Source: Candidatus Thorarchaeota archaeon (GTDB lineage: Archaea; Asgardarchaeota; Thorarchaeia; Thorarchaeales; Thorarchaeaceae). Taken from it: a stretch of 17,175 nucleotides of DNA. The stretch is from assembly GCA_003345555.1 (NCBI GenBank), contig PRDJ01000032.1, positions 1-17,175 on the forward strand, written 5' to 3'. Made by a program: the position numbers and the translations under genes. Of the stretch, positions 1 to 7,662 are shown piece after piece (the first letter of the stretch is position 1; every line of letters starts with the position of its first letter). Under the pieces are notes generated by a model. It did no database searches and was not told the origin of the DNA. It was given only the letters and a program-made list of their open reading frames with translations.

Positions 1-1
1 G

Positions 2-205
2 GAGCAGAATATCGATTTCAGTCAGCTTGTGTATTCAACACAAGGCAAAACAGGAGCAGACATCAAGGTCATGTGTACAGAGGCAGGAATGTTTGCTATA
101 CGTGATGAAAGGGTCTGCGTGACACAAGATGACTTCCGTCGGGCTATAGCAAAGCTACAGGGCCGAGCGGGCGGCGACAAGATTCCCACCGGGATATACT
201 GCTAG
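2..205 (+). CDS. pan: Proteasome-activating nucleotidase (PAN), C-terminal fragment (5' truncated by window)
   Basis: Manual translation of frame 2: ...TQGKTGADIKVMCTEAGMFAIRDERVCVTQDDFRRAIAKLQGRAGGDKIPTGIYC*. This matches the AAA lid motif GADIKxxCTEAGMFAIR of PAN/Rpt and ends in an HbYX-type tail (I-Y-C). Absent from the ORF track because it has no start in the window. Confidence 0.9.
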   Translation, partial: EQNIDFSQLVYSTQGKTGADIKVMCTEAGMFAIRDERVCVTQDDFRRAIAKLQGRAGGDKIPTGIYC

Positions 206-249
206 CAGCTCCGAAGACGGTCGTGTTTCTACAACGAAACCCCCTGTAA

Positions 250-1113
250 ATGAGCAAGAATCATGCGCGGACTTGTGTTGAGAGAATGCGATATCGAGAC
301 TACCTGCAGGCAAAGCTGAATGTACCCCTCTCTGAAGGTACCAAGCTGCCCTCAGGTTTTCAAATGGTAGGACATGTTGCCCTAGTACACTTAGACCACC
401 GGTTTTGGCAATATGCAGAGCAAGTTGGCGAGCTGACGATTGAATACAACCGGAGAATCAGGTCTGTGGCTGCTAGATGTGGGCCAACGAAGGGAGTAAC
501 TCGCAAACCTGCGTACAGACTCGTTGCTGGGGACCCCGATACTGTTACAACTCTTACTGAAGGAGGGATCAAATTCAGTCTCGACCCGCTGCTTGTTACG
601 TTCTCCCGAGGAAACAGACAGGAGCGACTGAGAGTATCATCAGTTGTCAGGCAGGGGGAAGTTGTGGTCGATATGTTTGCGTGCGTGGGACAGTTTGCCT
701 TGCCTGTTGCCAAGGCGAAGAGCTCTCAGGTGTTTGCTATAGAGATTGATCCTGTTGCATACGGATTCCTTCTTCAGAACGTAAGACTGAACAACCTAGA
801 CAACAAGCTGGTGCCAATACTGGGTGACTGCAGGGAGGTCCACCCAGTAGGAGTGGCAGACAGAGTAATCATGGGGTACCTTCATGATACATTCATGTTT
901 CTGCCCGCTGCATTTGAGACGCTATCCAAGGCGGGGGGTATGATTCACATGCATGTTGCCACTCCGATGAAGAATATCGCTTCCCTCAAGGAAATGATTG
1001 CATCCGAAGCAGCAGAGAGAGGTTTTCGTGCGAACATTGTCGTACGTAGAGTCAAGACTTACTCTCCTGGAGTCGAGCACATAGCATTCGATATCCATGC
1101 GGCTCCGAATTGA
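250..1113 (+). CDS. taw2: Trm5/TYW2-family SAM-dependent tRNA-modifying enzyme, most like archaeal Taw2 (wyosine aminocarboxypropyltransferase)
   Basis: Motifs FSLDPLLVTFSRGNRQER, VVDMFACVGQF (motif I), AIEIDP, ADRVIMGY, IHMH and KTYSPGVEH follow Taw2 order. The true start may be ATG 286. Trm5 activity cannot be excluded from sequence alone. Confidence 0.75.
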   Translation: MSKNHARTCVERMRYRDYLQAKLNVPLSEGTKLPSGFQMVGHVALVHLDHRFWQYAEQVGELTIEYNRRIRSVAARCGPTKGVTRKPAYRLVAGDPDTVTTLTEGGIKFSLDPLLVTFSRGNRQERLRVSSVVRQGEVVVDMFACVGQFALPVAKAKSSQVFAIEIDPVAYGFLLQNVRLNNLDNKLVPILGDCREVHPVGVADRVIMGYLHDTFMFLPAAFETLSKAGGMIHMHVATPMKNIASLKEMIASEAAERGFRANIVVRRVKTYSPGVEHIAFDIHAAPN

Positions 1114-1221
1114 GTTGCAGAAGGTATGAGCGCAATCATTTTATTCGAAGCCACAGGAAGACATGAACGAAGCTCAAGCCGACCCACTCAGGCAAGTCGT
1201 GAGTCAACAGGGGTTTATCAT

Positions 1222-1611
1222 ATGGGATTCAGAGGTATGTCGCCTAGACAACTCGAGCGAATGATGAAGAGAATGGGAATTGAACAGAAAGAGCTCGAAG
1301 ACGTAAGAGAAGTGATAATCCGTTTCACTGACAAGGAGTGGGTGATTGACAAAGCACAAGTCGTGATGATTAAGCAAGCGGGCGTTGATTCCTATCAGGT
1401 GACCGGATCTAGGAAGGAACGTGGGCTGGCCAAGGCCAGCTCGGAGAGCGACACGGCGAAATCTCCTCAGAAAAAGGTGACGGATATTCCCGTTGAGGAT
1501 GCAGCACTGGTAGCAAGCCAGACTGGCGCCACAATTGAAGCTGCAACGGATGCGCTGAGAGAGAGTGATGGTGACTTGGCAGCAGCTATACTGAAGTTGC
1601 GGCGTGGCTGA
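1222..1611 (+). CDS. nac: Archaeal nascent polypeptide-associated complex protein (NAC barrel + C-terminal UBA)
   Basis: MSPRQLERMMKRMGIEQKELEDVREVII...YQVTG, then EDAALVASQTGATIEAATDALRESDGDLAAAILKL. Start moved from 1126 to ATG 1222, which follows a GGGG RBS-like run; the upstream extension is not NAC-like. Confidence 0.92.
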   Translation: MGFRGMSPRQLERMMKRMGIEQKELEDVREVIIRFTDKEWVIDKAQVVMIKQAGVDSYQVTGSRKERGLAKASSESDTAKSPQKKVTDIPVEDAALVASQTGATIEAATDALRESDGDLAAAILKLRRG

Positions 1612-1663
1612 GCTTGCACGAGCTGTAATGTGTGTAATACAAATGAAACCTGCGTGAGAAATC

Positions 1664-2305
1664 CTACGAGTTTGGAACCTTCTGCCTCAACCGCTCCTTG
1701 ACCATCTTTATCCGGTAGAAATCCTCGCGTTCTCTCTCTTCGAGTGCGAGTTTCACAAAACGAACCGTGGCATCAAGACGTGGTATCACCACGGTCTCAA
1801 GAGCAGACACCCTTCTCTTGGTCCTTTCAATTTCCAAGGCGAGCCTCTTCACGCTGGACTCAATTTCTGCTAGGCGGGTAATGGTTCGCAGTGCATCTCG
1901 GAACTTTGAACTCATTAGGTCGAGCTTTGCGCTGGAGTCGGGTAACGAATAAGGTAGCGCAGGGTTCTCTTGATCGACTGATAATACTGGGACTCGAACG
2001 CCCATGGTGGACCTAGTTGAGATGGTGAGATCGGCGCGCATCTTGCTTGCATATGCGAATTCCACAACACGTGATGGTCCCATTATCATTTTGGCTTGCG
2101 TCAGTGCAGAATAGGCGTCTTTCAGAGTTGCATTCACCTTTTCGCGAGCATCCTTGATTTCTGCTATGGCGTTGAAGAACTCCATGATCAATGAATCGCG
2201 CTTCTCTCTCAATAACTTGTGACCGCGTTCGGCAAGAGCCATCCTGTTCTTGAGGGCCAACAGCTCCATTCGTGTCGTCTTTGTTCCGGGGAGAATCTTG
2301 CTCAT
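1664..2305 (-). CDS. atpD: A/V-type ATP synthase subunit D
   Basis: TRMELLALKNRMALAERGHKLLREKRDSL, STMGVRVP and EIERTKRRVSALETVVIPRL...LEEREREDFYRIK are hallmark subunit D motifs. GAGGA lies just upstream of the ATG. Confidence 0.95.
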   Translation of the reverse strand: MSKILPGTKTTRMELLALKNRMALAERGHKLLREKRDSLIMEFFNAIAEIKDAREKVNATLKDAYSALTQAKMIMGPSRVVEFAYASKMRADLTISTRSTMGVRVPVLSVDQENPALPYSLPDSSAKLDLMSSKFRDALRTITRLAEIESSVKRLALEIERTKRRVSALETVVIPRLDATVRFVKLALEEREREDFYRIKMVKERLRQKVPNS

Positions 2306-2383
2306 GCTTCCTCACACTCGTGATAGGTATTGGTCTCTGGCGAGATTGGTTGTAGGACGTTGCAATCTAGGAACCATCTGACC

Positions 2384-2662
2384 TCAGCTCAGTGTGAATA
2401 TGAAGGCACTGAGAAGAGCACCGAAGACACAAACAAGCAACCACTTGATGAGATGCCTGTCAATTCCGGCAGGATTCTCATCGATCTGACCAGTTACAGC
2501 CAGAGTCGCCAATGAAATGAACAGAAACGCGAACGGCAGCGAGACGGTCTTGCTTGTCAGCGAAGATTCGGTAAGTACTATCACTCCCGCAAGACCGCAG
2601 AGGATTAGGAATGAAAGGATCATAAGTGAATCCAGCACGCGTCGGATTCGTTCCACGTCCAT
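2384..2662 (-). CDS. Small integral membrane protein (about 3 TM helices), unknown function
   Basis: 92 aa with three hydrophobic stretches separated by short polar loops. Co-oriented with atpD and 78 bp upstream of it. Confidence 0.7.
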   Translation of the reverse strand: MDVERIRRVLDSLMILSFLILCGLAGVIVLTESSLTSKTVSLPFAFLFISLATLAVTGQIDENPAGIDRHLIKWLLVCVFGALLSAFIFTLS

Positions 2663-3008
2663 TTCGTCATTCTCCTATCATGGCCAGGCGCGCATCTCCT
2701 ATGCCTTATCTCCCGACCTCGCGGATGACCTGAAAAAGGTTATGCCTAACCATCGAGTGCCCTCTTGCTAGGATGATTGTATCACGGGATCTCAACTTGG
2801 CAGATTGCATGTGCTATGGAGAAGGCCCGTGAGAAGTGATCAATTTGATTCGTTGTCTTGATCGATAATCAACTCTCATCACAAGTCGAGGCTGTCGGAA
2901 GCATGGCTACCGCACATCTTATTACAAGGAGCGACATTCTTGTGGGTGGTATTACAAGCATTACTTATCATACCGACCCAGAAAGCGGCAGGAGAAGGCT
3001 TGAAGATC

Positions 3009-3983
3009 ATGACTATTGCCATCTATGAAAGCGCGCTGATACGTCACTTCAATACTAGAAAGGAGGCCTTGCGCGCCTGGGAAGAGAAGATCGGCTGTCG
3101 CTCGTCTCCTTTCAGAGGTTACAAGATGCCTGACTCCCGACTCTACATTGAGCAGCCAGACTTCTTGGATAGCATAGTCGACTTGGTACTAACGAATGAG
3201 CGGCATATATTCATCCGTGGACCAGTAGGCTCCGGGAAGAGTACGCTCATGCTACTAGCACTCAGAGATCTTCCGACGCTTATGGACCGGAGAGGCAATA
3301 GATTCGCAGTTGGATATGTGGGAATGAGTGGGCTGTATGAGAAGCAGATGGCTTCGGCAATCGCTGACGCTCTAAGAATCAAATACAAGAGATCATGGGA
3401 AACCAATGAAATCATAGAAGCGGTATCAGCTGAGTGCGTGAGAAGGTATATCGAAGAGAAGTCGAGAACTGCACTCTTTATTGAGGACGTAGCGGACAAC
3501 CAAGAAGCTGCATTTCACAAGATTCGATACTTGGCGGATCTTCCTACCGAAGAAATGAAGGAAAGCTACAAGGGTGCATTGGATGAGCCCATTGTGACTC
3601 TGATCATGAGTGGGACAATGGAATACTGGAATGCGATGCTGAACTTCCTTCCTCAGATAGCTGATAGGACAGAGCCCCTAGATGTTCCCGCGCTTGACAA
3701 TCAGAAAGCAAAGGAGTTCGTAGCAAGACGGATTGCCTACGCACAGGGAAAGATTGATGTCTTTGATAAAGACAGTTTTGAGATTCACCCGTTTACAGAC
3801 AAAGCAATAGAGTTGATCAACACGGCTGCAAAAGGAAATCCACGCGATATTCGTATGCTAGCACGCGGTTGTGAACAAGTTGCAGCTGATGAATTCAGCA
3901 AGAACGGAGACCCGACGGTCACTCAGGGTATTGCGAAACTTGTAACGGAGGCTTATGCCGCGTTATTGAAGGAGGTGCACTAG
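3009..3983 (+). CDS. ExeA/AAA_22-like AAA+ ATPase
   Basis: N-terminal IGCRSSPF...PDSRLY (ExeA-like GLxxxPF...PD), Walker A GPVGSGKST, Walker B region ALFIED, IMSGTME, PQIADR and lid FTDKAIELINTAAKGNPRDI. Start set at ATG 3009 (or TTG 3000) after GGAGAAGG, rather than 2940. Confidence 0.85.
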   Translation: MTIAIYESALIRHFNTRKEALRAWEEKIGCRSSPFRGYKMPDSRLYIEQPDFLDSIVDLVLTNERHIFIRGPVGSGKSTLMLLALRDLPTLMDRRGNRFAVGYVGMSGLYEKQMASAIADALRIKYKRSWETNEIIEAVSAECVRRYIEEKSRTALFIEDVADNQEAAFHKIRYLADLPTEEMKESYKGALDEPIVTLIMSGTMEYWNAMLNFLPQIADRTEPLDVPALDNQKAKEFVARRIAYAQGKIDVFDKDSFEIHPFTDKAIELINTAAKGNPRDIRMLARGCEQVAADEFSKNGDPTVTQGIAKLVTEAYAALLKEVH

Positions 3984-4304
3984 GTGAGCGTCCTCGGGAA
4001 ATATCGACGCGAGTCAGGAAGAGAGGAGGAACAGAAGACAGAGAGCGCAACGAAGGTCCGAGAGATTCAGAGAGCCGGTGCAGAGAAGAAGAGAGACGGG
4101 ACGGTCAGACAGGCAGAGGCTGTACCAAACAATGAACGAAGAAGCCCGATAGTTTCATTCTCGATACCAACTGATCTCAGGGCATGTCTTCAGGCAATAA
4201 GGAAGGACAAGTCAATCAACTTGAGCATGTGGGTCGAGAAGCGGCTCCGGGAAGCAATACTCCATGAGTTTCCGGGTATAGCTGAGAAATACTTGCAAGG
4301 CTGA
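3984..4304 (+). CDS. Small protein with charged, probably disordered N-terminus and C-terminal ribbon-helix-helix DNA-binding domain
   Basis: The GTG start directly abuts the ATPase TAG, with a strong RBS GGAGGTG at 3971-3977. SPIVSFSIPTDLRACLQAIRKDKSINLSMWVEKRLREAI fits the beta-alpha-alpha RHH pattern. Confidence 0.8.
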   Translation: MSVLGKYRRESGREEEQKTESATKVREIQRAGAEKKRDGTVRQAEAVPNNERRSPIVSFSIPTDLRACLQAIRKDKSINLSMWVEKRLREAILHEFPGIAEKYLQG

Positions 4305-4398
4305 TGTCTAGTGGATTCGGATGCCATACGTGTAATACAGAAGGCGACAGAATCATCTGGGAATTCCTCATGCGTTGGGCGGCGCTCTTGTTGAACGA

Positions 4399-5805
4399 TT
4401 AGCTTGTATCGCGAACACTAGGTCTACGGAATTGTGCATAGTCTGCTGCGCGGGCCAAACACAATGCGGCCAAGGACGGATCATCATAGCACGGTATTCT
4501 GTTTGACTCCAGAAGGTCCTTTCCCGGCTTACCAACACTACCAGCCAGCCATACTCCAACAACTGGCTTTTGGACTCCAGCAGCCCTGACGCCTTCGAGT
4601 AAGCCTTCGGCATGTTCGACTTGAGTCATACCCGCAAAGGTCGGTACGACACATATTTCCAAGAGCATGTCAACGCTTGAGTCCCTCAGTATCTGTTCAG
4701 TCGCAACACGATATTCCCATCTTGCCCCCGTTGCCAGCAAATCAATCGGATTGTCAACGGATGCCAACGGTGAGAAAGCGCTGCTTATCTCGTGACGAGT
4801 TTTCTGGGAAAGAGTAGACATCGTAAGACCCAGATCGGAGACCGCGTCAGCAGCTAGGACCCCTGCACCGCCGGTATTAGTAATAATACAAACATTACGA
4901 CCCTTCGGTAGAGGCTGGTAATCGAAGATCTTGCAGAGTTCGAAGAGTGTGTCCAATGTCGGGGCAGTAACACAACCAGCTTGTCGAAGCATCCCGGTGA
5001 AGACCGCTGTAGAAACGGCTAGTGACCCTGTGTGCGATTTCACAGCCGTGTTGCCACTTTCGCTTCGACCGCCCTTAAGCACTACAACGGGCTTCTCTCT
5101 CGAAGCATTGCGGAGCGATTCGTAGAGTTTTCGACCTTCTTTGATGCCTTCGATGTAGACTGCAATCACCGTGCTATCCGCGTCTTCCCTAAAATAATCC
5201 AAGACCTCGCCGATTTCGATGTCAGCTGCATTGCCAATGCTAGCGAACTTGCTTAGTCCTATCCTTCTGGCTTGTGTAGTGTAAATACTCGCGCCTCCAA
5301 GCGCTCCGCTCTGGGAAACAAATGCGATGTTTCCCCGTTCTGGCATGATTGTGAAAGTTCCATTGAACAGCCTGGTGTTCAAGACACCAACGCAGTTGGG
5401 ACCAATGAGCCGCACTTTCGAGTCTCTTGCGGCCCTCACAAGTGATTCTTCCAGCCTCGTGCCTTCCGAGCCGGTCTCGCTGAACCCGCCGGATACAACA
5501 ACGGCACAACGAGCACCCGACCTCCGGATATCGGGGATTAGTCCGGGACAGTTCTTGGCGTCTACTGCGACTATTACCAAGTCGACCGTCTCAGGCAGCT
5601 GAGTCAAGCTTGAGTATGTCTCAACGCCCATGACTCGGCCCGGAGTACGACTGATAGGATAAACCCGCACTGATGACTTTACGAGATTGGCCATTATACT
5701 GTTGCCAAGTTTCTTGGGATCGGCAGATGCGCCGACTAGGGCAACGGCATGAGGACTAAAGAACGGATCCATGTCTCTAGTTGAGTCTGTCCGACTGATG
5801 GCCAC
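4399..5805 (-). CDS. acdA: Acyl-CoA synthetase (ADP-forming), alpha subunit
   Basis: VALVGAS..PKKLG CoA-binding fold, RLIGPNCVG, SQSGALG, SIGNAAD, KGGRS, SHTGSLA (phospho-His), TNTGGAGVLAAD, NPIDL. Confidence 0.93.
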   Translation of the reverse strand: MAISRTDSTRDMDPFFSPHAVALVGASADPKKLGNSIMANLVKSSVRVYPISRTPGRVMGVETYSSLTQLPETVDLVIVAVDAKNCPGLIPDIRRSGARCAVVVSGGFSETGSEGTRLEESLVRAARDSKVRLIGPNCVGVLNTRLFNGTFTIMPERGNIAFVSQSGALGGASIYTTQARRIGLSKFASIGNAADIEIGEVLDYFREDADSTVIAVYIEGIKEGRKLYESLRNASREKPVVVLKGGRSESGNTAVKSHTGSLAVSTAVFTGMLRQAGCVTAPTLDTLFELCKIFDYQPLPKGRNVCIITNTGGAGVLAADAVSDLGLTMSTLSQKTRHEISSAFSPLASVDNPIDLLATGARWEYRVATEQILRDSSVDMLLEICVVPTFAGMTQVEHAEGLLEGVRAAGVQKPVVGVWLAGSVGKPGKDLLESNRIPCYDDPSLAALCLARAADYAQFRRPSVRDTS

Positions 5806-5871
5806 AATTCCACTCGTGAGATTATTCGATTTATGTGTAGCGTGTGGGGCGAGAGAAACAGAATGAGAAAC

Positions 5872-7131
5872 CTATTCCCAACGATACCATTCCGGCAAGC
5901 CATGAGGCATTTCTCGGTACAGGTTTCTTAGACGCCTTCGGTTTGGGCGTTCCGAATGCACGGTCTCAGCTACCAGGCGTCTTGCTTCCGGGCACTTCTT
6001 GGCTATGCTGTAGAGAGCTGACAATGATGCGTCTACTGATTCCTTCGATGCGGCCTCACATACTATGTCAATGAGCACAGATGCTGCGGATTCGTGATAA
6101 AAGCTACCAAGGGCAGCGATGGCCAACGTCGAGATACGAGTGTCCTCCAAACGAGCAAGCCTGCTGAGAGTTGGCACTGACTCCGGCGCTCTTACTACTA
6201 AATGATCGCCAGTGTTACGTATTAACTGCCGATAGCTGTCGCTCGACTCAGTTGTCTGGTACGAGGCAAGCGAGCTATAGAGCATCACATTCAATGTAGG
6301 AACGGACCATCTGCTGCCCGCCGCGCGCAGCACTTCCTCATCCTGATTGATGATTGATTCCAGCAATCTTCTGTAAAACTCATTGAGAGGCCTCTCATTT
6401 TCCGGACGAATCAACTCCGGCAATGGCTTTTCATACTCCGCTGGGGGTAAGCGCTCTTGTAGTGCGTGTAATACAAACATTACATCCCCATCTAGGTCTT
6501 CTGCATCGAGCCCCCTTACGCCAAGTTCGGACAAGACTATACGTCCTATTTCGGTAAGCCAAAGCTGACGTAGGTCCGCCATACCTCTGCTTACAAGGTC
6601 CCGGACTATTCTAGCCTCGGTCCTCCTTGCTTTCTCAAGCAGCAGCATCGTTTCGGGAGACCTTGTATCTGAGAAGTCGAAAAAGAGGGTGTCGCCTGAT
6701 GCGACTTGGTCTGCCGCGAGTTCCTCAGTTCGTTGTACAAATCGAGAAGTGGCCGACACTAGAGAGTCTTCGTCTTCCAGTTCGTCTAGAAGAATCATCG
6801 TGTCACAGTTAACCGGTTCAAGTCCGGTGCAAGAAAAGAGCTCAAACACCATCTCACGGTACTTCAATGGTTCTACGGGGGCACGGTAGCCAGCAGATCG
6901 CATTGGGATTGGATACTCCTCGTGAAACGATTTGCGAAGGCAATCTAGGGCACCTGACCAACCCTCTCTTTGCTCGATGATTGCCAAGAAATCCACCAAA
7001 TCGCGCCCTCTTCTTTCTGCTACAGCATTTGCGGTCTCCTGTATTCGCCCCTTGCTTTCAGCCTCCTTTGCACGTTCTGAACTGGCTTTCAGAATCCAGC
7101 TACGACCATCATTATCGGCCAATGTGACCAC
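5872..7131 (-). CDS. Hypothetical all-helical protein with C-terminal HEAT/PBS-like repeats
   Basis: 419-aa ORF with protein-like composition. VPTLSRLARLEDTRISTLAIAALGSF...SVDASLSALYSI resembles HEAT repeats. Start codon uncertain. Confidence 0.7.
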   Translation of the reverse strand: MVTLADNDGRSWILKASSERAKEAESKGRIQETANAVAERRGRDLVDFLAIIEQREGWSGALDCLRKSFHEEYPIPMRSAGYRAPVEPLKYREMVFELFSCTGLEPVNCDTMILLDELEDEDSLVSATSRFVQRTEELAADQVASGDTLFFDFSDTRSPETMLLLEKARRTEARIVRDLVSRGMADLRQLWLTEIGRIVLSELGVRGLDAEDLDGDVMFVLHALQERLPPAEYEKPLPELIRPENERPLNEFYRRLLESIINQDEEVLRAAGSRWSVPTLNVMLYSSLASYQTTESSDSYRQLIRNTGDHLVVRAPESVPTLSRLARLEDTRISTLAIAALGSFYHESAASVLIDIVCEAASKESVDASLSALYSIAKKCPEARRLVAETVHSERPNRRRLRNLYREMPHGLPEWYRWE

Positions 7132-7434
7132 TACGAAGACTCATTCGACCACAGTTCCCCGCCCAGACGAATAAGAGTTTGTCTCATAGCGCCCCCTACA
7201 CGCTGACCAAGCTGGATTGGGGGCTCTTTCTTGCCGAGAAATTGCGCAGGTCGAAGCGCCCCGCGCGGGAGTTGCACTACTTAAACATGTGGGACTCAAT
7301 CCCGATGGTGTACCTATGGGATTTTCTTGATGTCTAGATTGCTTGGTCCGCCCGAATCATAGCTGAACAGGAGATTATCGCCAGATGTTGCCGTTCTAGG
7401 ATTAGAACTATGTATCATTGTGCAAGATTCAACA

Positions 7435-7621
7435 TTGAGTGTGTCGTGCTAAAAGCACCGATCGAATAACACTTGGATTCGACTCCCATTGCCTATCAAA
7501 GGTATCTCTATCTCCTCAAATGCGCATACCTCTAGGGTGACCCGATGAGGGCTTTGGTCGCGTCGCTCGCACCAGTGTTCGTTCATGTCGGTTATGAGTA
7601 CTGATAGCATGACACACTCGA
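7435..7621 (+). ncRNA. Candidate structured RNA or fold-back element (long imperfect hairpin)
   Basis: 7435-7451 pairs with 7605-7621 over 17 bp with 2 G-U pairs. Nested helices: 7457-61/7588-92, 7464-67/7581-84, 7468-73/7574-79, 7495-7501/7552-58, 7514-18/7546-50. Identified by eye; no known family recognised. Confidence 0.45.
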
Positions 7622-7662
7622 GTTTGCTATTCTAATGAGCGCCTTTTCCTTCATTTGGCGCC

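Noticed and set aside
194-205. Cys-terminated HbYX tail of PAN, and the Taw2 motif I variant FACVG (676-690)
   Set aside because: Single-residue variants within the tolerated range of each motif; no supporting signal for altered function.
1126-1221. N-terminal extensions of NAC (1126) and the AAA ATPase (2940) in the ORF track
   Set aside because: They are not homologous to the families, and downstream ATGs have better RBS context.
3009-3983. Type II secretion ExeA, transposon TnsC, or Orc1/Cdc6 functional label
   Set aside because: No secretion, transposase or TniQ genes lie nearby and there is no C-terminal winged helix; only the fold family is supported.
7474-7495. tRNA T-arm-like GGATTCGACTCCC
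   Set aside because: No proper T-stem, acceptor stem, D arm or anticodon arm can be built on either strand.
7541-7605. C/D-box sRNA (GATGAG ... CTGA)
   Set aside because: The C box is non-consensus, there is no internal D'/C' pair, and the region is better explained by the long hairpin.
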